64,000 bases of DNA from Alphaproteobacteria bacterium (GTDB lineage Bacteria; Pseudomonadota; Alphaproteobacteria; MPNO01; UBA830). Position numbers and translations under genes: made by a program. Shown one piece after another: positions 53,358-62,597 of the stretch; the first letter of the stretch is position 1, and each line of letters starts with the position of its first letter. Below the pieces are notes generated by a model. It ran no database searches and had not been told where the DNA came from. It saw only the letters and a program-made list of their open reading frames with translations. Location: NCBI GenBank assembly GCA_964291215.2, contig OZ219791.1, forward strand, positions 868,593-932,592. Direction: 5' to 3'.

Positions 53358-56300
53358 CTACCAGCGGAGCGCGCCGCGCAGCATGAGGCTGTCTTCGGGG
53401 CCCGGCTGGTGCGCGCCCTCGACGCCGAGAGACAGCCCCGCGCCGAGGCGGTAGCGCGCGCCGAGCCGCAGGGTGCGTGCGCCCGCCAGGCTGAGTCCGG
53501 CCCAGGGGGTGAGCACCGCCAACGGCCCCGGACCGGGCAGGCCGAAGCCGTGGCCCACCTCCGCCTCCAGACGGCTCTCTGCCGCGCCGGATGCAGCCGC
53601 GGGCAGGTCGAACAGCTGCCCGAGGCCGCTCTCCGTGCGCCCGTGCGCGGGACCGAAGGCGAGGAACGTCCCGCGCCCGTCGGCCCCGGGGTCGAGGCGC
53701 ACAAGCGCGCTCACTCGTCGCGCTCCGCCTCGTGCGCCGCCAGGAGCCGCGCGCGCAGCTCCGCCGTCAGACCCGCCGCCGGGTCCCGCCAGGTCACGCC
53801 CGCCCCGGCCTCGAGGCCCGCCCCTTCGCCAACGCCGCCGTCATGGCGCACCCCCGCCTCCAGCGCCGGCGTCAGCGTCGCACCGCCCGCCAGCGCGTGC
53901 TCGTACGAGCCCTCCAGCAGCAGCCGCAGACGGGTCGTCTTCGCCGTCAGCCCCTCCAGACCGTCATCGGCCTCCGTGCGCAGACGCGCCGCCGAACCCT
54001 CGCCCTTCACCGCAAGGCGCGTCATCCCGCCCTCGATCAGCTCTGCATCCTCGGCCAGGACGCTGCGCCCGCCCGCAGACACGCTCCAATGCGTCAGCCC
54101 GGCGCTGCGCGCCGGCGCGCCCTCCTCGGTGATCCGCACCTCGCCGGTCCCGTAGCCGAGGCTCGCCCACAGGGTCGAGCCGTCCGGCGCCAGCCACGCC
54201 GCATAGGGGTGCACCGACGTGATCGTCGTCTCGTGCACGCCCTTCACCCCGCCCGTCTGCGTGTCCAGCTCGCCCCGCGCATGGGAGAGCGCCGCCCCGG
54301 CCAGCAGGTCCGGGCGCACCCGCAGGTCCGCCCCCAGCTGCGCCGACCACAGGCCGCCGTCCCAGGTGACATCCTTCTCCGAACCTGACAGCGACAGCCA
54401 CTCGCCCCGGCCCCATACCGCCAACGCGGACGCCTCCCCGGCGCCCGCCGCCAGCGTGAAGGACGCCCCGTCCAGCATCTCGCTCAGCGTCGGCTCCTCC
54501 GGGCGCGGCGACGCCCACTCGTCCTCCACCGGCGGCAGGGCGCCGAACCGCAGCGAGCTGCCCGGCCTGCCTGCCGCCTCGATGCGCCCCGTCACCGCCC
54601 CCAGGGTCTGCGACATCGCCGCCGCCGCCACATGCGGCAGCACCGCCGCATTCACCCGGTTCGCCCGCGCCGCGGAACCCCGGTCGCGCAGCACGCCCGC
54701 AGCCGTCGCGTCGCTCCCCACCGCGTAGTCCGCACCATCGTTCAGCGTGATGCGGTAGGCCTCCGCGCCTTCCGCATCCGCCGCCGTCGGGATCGTCACC
54801 ACCCCCGTGGTGCGCGCCGCGGCGCCGAACACCGCATCGAACGAACGCGGCCCCAGACCGCCCGGAACGTCACCGGCATCGAAGCCGCTTGCGTTGCGCG
54901 CCGACAGCGTCAGGCTGACCGTCAGGCTGCCCGTCAGCGCCCGGTCGGCGGTCACCGCGAGGCGGATGTCGTCGCCCTCGGTCACCGCCGCAGGATCCTG
55001 CGCCAGCGTCAGCACCGGCAACAGCGTCGTGTCCGTCACCGCCACCGAATCGATGGTCACCGAACCGTAGCCGCCGCCCGAGGCGCCGTGGGTCAGCGTC
55101 GCCGTGTCGTCCGTCGTGTCCTCGTCACGGGCCGCGCGCACCGTCACCGTCTGCGCCGTGTCCCAGTTGGCGGTCGTGAAGGTCAGGCTGGCCGGTTCCA
55201 CCGTCACGTCGCCCGACGCGCCGCCCACCGTCACCGTGACATCGCCCGAGGGTTCCGCGTCCAGCACCACCGTGTAGGCCGCACTGCTGCCCTCCGCCAC
55301 CGTCAGCGCGGTCGGCGTCACCGTCACGCTTCCGGCGGGGGTCGTACCGCCGCCGGACGGCGGCGCCGCCGGCGCCACCGGCGTCGCCGTCACCGGCGCA
55401 TCCGGACCCGCCCCGTTGCCGGCCCCGTTCACCGCGCGCACCTCGAACTGGTAGGCGGTGCCGTTGGTCAGACCGCTCACCTCGTGGCTGGTGGTGCCCG
55501 CACCGGAGCCGGGAATGTCCTCCCACTCGCCCCACTCGCCGCTGCCGGCCTTCCGCCGCACCTGCCACTTCGTGATGGTCGGGTTGTCCGGGTCGGTCCA
55601 GCTCAGCGTCACCGAGCCGCTGCCCGCCGCGCCGGCAAGGCCGGCCGGCTTCAACGGCGCCGCATCCTTCTCCGCCACGCTCACCACCACATCGGCGATG
55701 CTCACCGAGCCGTAGCCGCCGCCAGACGCGCCGTGAGTCAGCGTCACGGCGGGGTCCGTGTTCGTGTCCGTGCCTGCGTTCACCGTCACCGTCTGCGGCT
55801 GGTTCCAGTCGGTCCGGGTGAAGGTCAGCGCGCTCTGGTTGCCGGTCATGACGGTGTCGGTGTCCACCGTCACGTCCCCCGACGCGCCGCCCACCGTTAT
55901 CGTCACATCCGATGATGGCGGCGTGTTCAGCCGCATCGTGTACGTCCTGCTGCCCCCTTCCGCCACCGTCAGCGCCGCCGTCGACACCGTCACCCCCGGC
56001 GTATCGGCCACCGTCACGTCCACCGTGCCCGCATCCGGGATCGCATCCGCAGAAGCCCCCGTCAGCCGGAAGGCGTGGTTGATCACCGCCGTGCCGTTCG
56101 CCACACCGGTCACCGTCACCGTCCGCGCCGTGTTGTAGTTGGTGGTGGTAAACGTCAGGCTCGCCGGACTCACCCGCGCCGCCGCCGTGGCGTCGCTCGT
56201 CACCCGCAGCGTCCCCGCATACGCCTTCGTCAGCGCCACCGTGTAGGTCGCCGTGGAACCGGGCGCCACCGTCACCGGCGTCCCGGTCAGCGTAAGCGCC

Positions 56301-58319
56301 GCCGTGGTGTCGTCCTTGAAGGTCACCGTACGAATGTTCGACCAGGGACCCTGAAGGTTGCCCGTTCCCCCGGCGACACCCGCCATGCGATAGCCCGTTG
56401 CCCGAACCCGGACCTCGACCGATGCCCCGTCGGGATAGTCCAGCAGAAGCCGATTGTTGCGAGAGCCCGGGTTCTGTCTGGCACTCGCCTGGTTGAGACT
56501 GCGATCCGTCCAGGTGCTGGCCCCCTTCAGCCGGGTCTGCGCTCTCCACCAATGGAACTTGGCCGCGTCCTTCACATAGTCGTCCGCATCCGACAACTCG
56601 TTCGAGCCGCCGGCATGGGTCCAGGTCAGGTCGATCTGCCCGTTCGTCGTCGAGGTCGCCGCCGTCAGCACCGGGGCCGCCGGATCGGTCTTCGCCGTCA
56701 CCTGGTCCGACCACACCGACTGCACCCCGGGACGGACCGCCGCAAACAGGCGGAACGTGTAGTCCGTGCCCTTCGTCAGCCCCGTCACCCGGACGCTCGT
56801 CCTGCTTCTGCCCGTGACCGTCGTGGTCGTGTTCCAGCCGCCCGTGCTCTTGTACTGATAGCCCCAGCTCGTTATCGGAATGCCCGTCAAGGCGCTCCAG
56901 CTCAGGGTGACCGAGGCATCGCCCCCGGCCGCCGTCAGGACCGGCTTGGGAACCGTATTCGTCGGCGTCGCCGTCACCTGGTCCGACCACACCGACTGCA
57001 CACCGGGACCGACCGCGGCGAACAGCCGGAACGTGTATTCCGTGCCGATCGTCAGGCCCGTCACCGTGGTGCTCGTCGTGCTGCCGCCGGTGACCGTCCG
57101 GGTCCTGATCCAGCTGCCGCCCGCGGGCTTGTACTGATAGCCCCAGCTCGCAACCGTCACACCCGACAAGGCGCTCCAGCTCAGGGTGACCCTGGCGTAG
57201 CCCGGTTCGGCGCTCAGCACCGGCTTGGGAACCGCCGCCGACGGCGTCGCCTCCACCACCGCCGACGCGGCGCTGTTGCCGCCGCTGTTCCGCGCCCGGA
57301 TGCGGAAGCGGTACTCGCTGTCGTTATCCAGACCCGTCACCGTGTGGGTCGTGGTGTCGGCGTCCGAACCGGAAATCGCGGTCCAGCTGCCCCAGGCGGC
57401 GCTGCCCTTCCTCTGCTGCACCCGATACCGCGTGATCGAATCGTCGTCCGGGTCGGTCCACGTCAGCTTCACCTGACGGTTGCCCGCCTCCGCCGACAGG
57501 CCCGTCGGCGCGGCGGGGACGGCGACGGTGGGGGGATCGTCGTCGTCGGTGATGGTCAGGGTGAGTCTGCCGGAGGTCCAGTCGGACTTGTAACCAAGCA
57601 GCCTGATGGTCTCGTTCGGCTCGTCCCGGGTGTCGCCGAGAATGCGCACTTTCATCGTGCCCTCGGTCTCGCCTTCGGCGATGGAGACCGTGACGCTGGC
57701 CGGATAGCACCAGTCGGTATCCGCCGGGATCAGCGGCGCCGTGCAGGGATCGCGCCCCTTGTCGGAGCCTTTGGCCGTACCGCTGGGGCTGTCAGAAGTA
57801 ACGGTGATCGAAAAGCCCGCCGGCGCCGCCTCGCCGAGCGTGACGGTCACCGTCACGTCCGTCGAACCGGTGTTGCCCTCGGTGATCGAGGTCGAGGTAG
57901 CCGACAAGGTGATCGTCTTCGTGGTGGCCGCCACCGGCGTGGCGGTGACTTCGTTGGAGGGGCCACCGGAACTTCGATCAAGGCCTTGTTATAGTGTTCC
58001 AATGCCCTCTGACCTGGAAGGTGTAAGCGGAGTTGTTGGTCAGGCTCGTTACAGTGTGACTTCTTATTCCTATGCCGCCGGAGATGCTCGTCCATCCGAT
58101 GTAGTTGCCCGTGCCTTTCTTCCACCGGTATTGCCACCGACTGTTGATGCCGTTATTGCCGGTCCACATGAGCGTAACCTGCCCGTCGCCCGCCGTGGCG
58201 GTAAGAACGGGGGCCTGCGCTTGCGCATCCTGGGGCGCGAGGGCGGCGGCCAGCGCGATGAGGAAGAGGGCAGCGAGTCCCGCCTTCAGGCGGCGGGCGG
58301 TTCTCCCGAGGGCGCCCAC
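53358..58319 (-). pseudogene. Large Fn3/Calx-beta-repeat surface protein with autotransporter-type C-terminal beta-barrel, split into three ORFs by two frameshifts
   Basis: ORF 57978-58319 encodes a signal peptide (LAALFLIALAAALAPQDAQAQA) and a first Fn3 domain. ORF 53711-57934 (1407 aa) has a Calx-beta-like module, about five more Fn3 domains (for example VTLSWTDPDNPTITKWQVRRKAGSGEWGEWEDIPGSG..YQFEVRAVNGAGNG) and repeated ~100-aa Ig-like modules (LTVAEG.S..YT..L...PS.DVT.TV). It then has the barrel motif AVWGRGEWLSLSG..WSAQLGADLRV. ORF 53358-53714 holds the last strands, ending LRGALRW. The frameshifts are a 7-nt gap at ~53711 relative to the paralog at 42990 and a shift near 57975-57995. 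Confidence 0.8.
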
Positions 58320-58345
58320 CGGTTCAGCCCCGCGCCCTGACTCTT

Positions 58346-58360
58346 GGGGGGGGGGGGGGG
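58346..58360. repeat. G15 homopolymer tract (poly-C on the coding strand), 27-41 nt upstream of the GTG start of the large surface-protein gene
   Basis: By my count there are 15 consecutive G on the plus strand. An in-frame TGA lies between the tract and GTG 58319, so the tract is outside the ORF. Confidence 0.9.
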
Positions 58361-58563
58361 TACAACGAGTTCGCGCGCGCGTGAGGCGCTCCGCCCGAAG
58401 AGCCGCAGGTCATGCATCCCGATATCGCCCGGCGTCCGCGTCATGACCTCATCCTCCCGTGCCTGATTCCAAACCTGCGCCGCGCCCGCACGACCGCAGC
58501 GAACCCGCCGGTGCAACCCATAACCCGTCCGCAGGCCGGTTTCAAGGCGCGCCGCGCCCGATA

Positions 58564-59093
58564 CACGGCGATCCCACGCCAGGTTTGTTGGAAGGGTCGG
58601 TTTCGCTTGTTCAGGATGATTCGCATTTTTGCCGGCTTTTTGTGAAGCGGCGCAGTATCCGTTGTCGTGGAGGCAGCGGATTTTTTTGAGACGACTCCGG
58701 AGGGTTTTGCGCTCCGGGATGTGGTTGTGCGCCTTGCGCGGCCTGATGTCGCTGGAATCGTGCGGTCGACGGCAAGCGCGGCCGCACCGGCGAGGATCAT
58801 TACGAGACGGTCTCGCTGGCCGGTATTCGATCCTCAACTGTCACGACGGGGAGACCGCTGCCGTCCACGCCACGCTCGAGACGGCACCGGTTGCCGGCCG
58901 TCTGCTCACCCTCGACGCGCTCCACACCACCCGCGAGGCTGATCGTCGAGACCCATCGCGCGGACTGATGGTCAAGGGCAACGCACCTTCGAGAGAGCAT
59001 CAACTGGAAGATCGCGAGCACGGGACGCTACAGCGAAAAGCCCGCGCATGGCCGCCATCGCACCATCTTTACCCCGCTAGCGAAGATGATCAA
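58564..59093 (+). mobile_element. DUF4338-like/ISAs1-like composite element, copy 3, with a large internal deletion
   Basis: It starts with CACGGCGATCCCACGCCAGG. Its first ~190 bp and last ~330 bp match copy 2 (19869-21110). The DUF4338-like middle is missing. Confidence 0.6.
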
Positions 59094-59320
59094 CTAGTCA
59101 GGTGACACTGAAGTAAGGTTCATTGTAAGGTTGTGTCCCGAGTCGGACAATGGAGGTTATCTCGATGGGGCGCGGTACGGTACGGTCGCTGGCGGCCTTG
59201 ACCACTCAAGACCAGCACCCGCCAAAGGCCGTCCCATACCGCGTGGCATCGCCATGACCTTCGTGTTCACACTCCAACCGCCATCATATAATCATGCTTA
59301 CTTCAGTTCCAGATGACTAG
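59094..59320. mobile_element. MITE-like ~220-bp element bounded by CTAG
   Basis: Its terminal inverted repeats are TCAGGTGACACTGAAGTAAG and CTTACTTCAGTTCCAGATGA, matching at 16 of 20 positions. CTAG flanks it on both sides. It has no credible ORF and replaces the ~70 bp seen at this position in copies 1 and 2. Confidence 0.5.
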
Positions 59321-60158
59321 GTTGTGGACTCAAATAATTGGTTTGCGATTCTGCGGAGCAAGAATCGGCTGGCAGCCAGTTGCACGGCGGAGAGGAAGTT
59401 CCTTGTCATAACGAGTGGCGACTCGTCGGAACTCCTTGATCTTGCCGAAGAACCGCTCGACCAGGTTGCGCATCCTGTAGATCTCGCGGTCAAGCGGCCG
59501 GGGCGATGTCCGGTTGGATTTTGACGGAATGACCGCGGTTGCTCCTGCCATCTCGATCAGATGGCGTCGGTGTCGTAGGCCTTGTCGCCGACCACCGTCT
59601 CGCTCGAGGTCGGCGAGAAGCGCCTCCGCCTGCGCGCAGTCGGCCGCCTGGCCCGGGGTCAGGAACACGGTTTTCACCCTCTCGTTCTCGCCAAGATGGA
59701 CCTTCGTCGTTCGTCCGCCACGGCTCACTGCGAAGGCTCGTCGTCCCGGGACGCCCCGGCTTGTGAACGCGCACCGACGAGGAGTCCACCATGCGCAGGT
59801 GAACCGAGCGAGCCATCGTCGCTCCCGTCATCATCGCTCGTAAGCCTTTGAAGCTTCTCCATGCCCAGGTGCCGTTCTTGCTCCACCGGTTGAAGCGGTT
59901 GAAGCAGACGGACCGTACCGCTCCGGCAGATCGCGCCACGGCGTACCGGTGCGAAGCACGAAGAATATCCCGTTCATGACCCTCCGGTCATGCACCCGCT
60001 CCGGGCCCTGGTGCTTGTCGGGAAGCACCGAGCGGAGAACCTCCCATTCCGCGTCGCTCATGTCGTGTCGGTCGCCGCTCATCCTTCACTCTCCTTGTGG
60101 ATCGCTTTTGACAAGACATGGCAAATCGTGCAAAAATGTCAACATTTGGGTACACACC
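59321..60158 (-). mobile_element. IS5-family (IS427/IS1031-like) element, copy 1: two-ORF transposase with extra frameshifts
   Basis: The element is 838 bp between CTAG sites (59317-59320 and 59159-60162 region, i.e. 60159-60162). OrfA reads MSDAEWEVLRSVLPDK..DRRVMNGIFFVLRTGTPWRDLPERYGP. It continues with NRFNRWSKNGTWA, MVDSSSVRVHK, GGRTTKVHL and RNLVERFFGKIKEFRRVATRYDK. Confidence 0.8.
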
Positions 60159-60162
60159 CTAG

Positions 60163-60745
60163 GCTGTGGACTCAAATAATTGGTTTGCGATTCTGCGGAG
60201 CAAGAATCGGCTGGCAGCCAGTTGCACGGCGGAGAGGAAGTTCCTTGTCATAACGGGTGGCGACCCGTCGGAACTCCTTGATCTTACCGAAGAACCGCTC
60301 GACCAGGTTGCGCATCCTGTAGATCTCGCGGTCGAGCGGCCGTGGCGATGTCCGGTTGGATTTTGACGGAATGACCGCGGTTGCTCCTGCCGTCTCGATC
60401 AGATGGCGTCGGTGTCGTAGGCCTTGTCGCCGACCACCGTCTCGCCCGAGGTCGGCGAGAAGCGCCTGCGCGCAGTCGGCTGCTTGGCCCGGGGTCAGGA
60501 ACACGGTCTTCACCCTTTCGTTCTCGCCAAGATGGATCTTCGTCGTTCGTCCGCCACGGCCCGATTTGCGAAGGCTCGTCGTCCCGGGACGCCCCGGCAC
60601 CGTGCTTGTGAACGCGCACCGACGAGGAGTCCACCATGCGCAGATGAACCGGCGGGCCATCGTCGCTCCCGTCATCACCGCTCGTAAGCCTTTGAAGCTT
60701 CTCCATGCCCAAGTGCCGTTCTTGCTCCACCGGTTGAAGCGGTTG
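60163..60745 (-). mobile_element. IS5-family element, copy 2: tandem with copy 1, 5' part removed at the junction with IS1634-like copy 3
   Basis: It starts with the same end, GCTGTGGACTCAAATAATTGGTTTGCG, directly after the CTAG. Homology to copy 1 stops at ..GAAGCGGTTGA near 60745. Confidence 0.75.
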
Positions 60746-62597
60746 ATATTGTTGGTAAAATTGCATGATGGCCACATGAAAATGTTCCCATGTAAAAGTG
60801 AATTTTCCTCTTGACAATTCACGAGGCAATGCCTATATGCGTTGCCATGTACTTCGACATCGTCCCCAACCGCAATTCGCCCCCCGCCGTCCTCCTGCGC
60901 GAAGGATGGCGCGAGAACGGAAAGGTCAGGAAACGCACCATTGCCAATCTCTCCTCCTGGCCCATGGAGAAGGTGGAGACCCTACGGCGTCTCTTGAAGA
61001 ACGAACCCCTGGTTAGCCGTACCGATGCCTTCGACATCGTCCGCTCCCTTCCTCATGGCCATGTGGCCGCGGTGCTGGGAACCCTGAAGAAGCTGGACCG
61101 GCGGATCGACCCGAAGCCCTCTCCCGAGCGCGATCAGGTTCTCGCCCTGATCGTGGCGAGGATCCTGGCACCCGCTTCGAAGCTGGCCCGAGGGCTGGCC
61201 GAGGCCACCGCGGCGAGTACCTTGGGCGAGATCCTCGAGGCGGAAGGGGACGAGGACGACCTCTACGACGCCATGGACTGGCTCCTGGAGCGTCAGGAGA
61301 GGATCGAGCGGTCTCTGGCGAAGCGGCACCTCGAAGAGGGCTGTCTGGTGCTGTATGACCTGACCTCGGTGTGGATGGAGGGACGAAAGTGTCCCTTGGC
61401 CCGACGCGGGCACTCCCGGGATGGCAAGAAGGGCAAGCTGCAGATCGAGTTCGGCCTTCTGTGTGATCGGGACGGGTGTCCGGTGTCGGTGCGGGTGTTC
61501 CCCGGTAACACCCGGACACGGTGTCCTCACAGATCGCCACGCTGCGGGAGCGGTTCTCCTTTGCGAAGGTGGTACTGGTGGGGGACCGGGGGATGCTGAC
61601 CGAGGCGCGCATCCGCGAGGAGGTGAAGCCTGCGGGTCTGGATCAGCGCCTTGAGGGGACCGGCCATCCGTTCACTGGTGGAGGCCGGCGATGTCGAGAT
61701 GTCGCTCTTCGACGAGAGAGATCTGGTGGAGATCACCAGCAATGCGTATCCCGGCGAACGCCTCATGGTGTGCCGCAACCCGCTGCTGGCCGAAGATCGG
61801 GCTCGCAAGCGCCAGGAACTGCTCGAGGCCACCGAGGCTCTGCTCGAACCGATTGCCGCGGCGACCCGGCGCGACAAGCGCCGCCTCGAGGGGGCCTTGA
61901 AGATCGGGGAACGGGTCGGCAAGGTCATCGGCAGGATGACGAAGCACTTCACGTGGTCCGTGGACGATGACGGTGTCTTCACCTATGGGCGCAATGAGGC
62001 TACCATCGCTGCCGAGGCTAGGCTCGACGGCCTCTACGTGATCCGCACCAGCCTGCCGCAGAGCGAGCTCGACGGTCCCGGCACGGTGCGCGCCTACAAG
62101 CGGCTGAGCTCCGTGGAACGGGCCTTCCGCAGCCTCAAGACCGTGGACCTGAAGGTGCGTCCCGTCTACCACCGCACCGAGCCCCGGGCCCATGTCTTCC
62201 TGTGCATGCTCGCCTACTACATCGAATGGCACATGCGCCAAAAACTGAAGCCCTTGCTGTTCGACGACGAGGATGCCGAAGGCGGCTGTCTGTCGTGGCG
62301 CCGGCAGAGGTTTCGGCGAGCGCCCGGGCCAAGGCGGCAACCAAGAGGACGCCCGGGGGTGGCACAGTTTCCGTACCCTCATCGATGATCTCGCGACCAT
62401 CACCCGCAACACCGTGGCGCCCCGCCTTGCGGGCGCCAAACCCTTCCAAGTCACCACGCGGCCCACGCCGCTCCAGAGAAGGGCATTCAAACTCCTGGGC
62501 GTGCGCCTGTAGCGTTCCCAGTAGCGACACACCCGATTCTTTCAAACGTCAATACATTCATAATGATACGTCTGATCGGCGCTGGAACTTCGGGCTA
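60746..62597 (+). mobile_element. IS1634-like element, copy 3: left terminal repeat missing, right terminal repeat present, transposase frameshifted
   Basis: The longest transposase frame, 60811-61599, reads MYFDIVPNRNSPPAVLLREGWRENGKVRKRTIANL..RRGHSRDGKKGKLQ. Later frames give VLVGDRGML, RAYKRLSSVERAFRSLKTVDLKVRPVYHRTEPRAHVFLCMLAYYIEWHMRQKL. The right repeat TGATCGGCGCTGGAACTTCGGGCTA ends at 62597. Confidence 0.8.

Noticed and set aside
54632-57994. Plus-strand ORFs of 427 and 639 aa overlapping the large surface-protein gene
   Set aside because: They are Arg/Gly/His-rich antisense frames typical of high-GC DNA and have no domain-like motifs. The minus strand carries clear Fn3 and autotransporter motifs.
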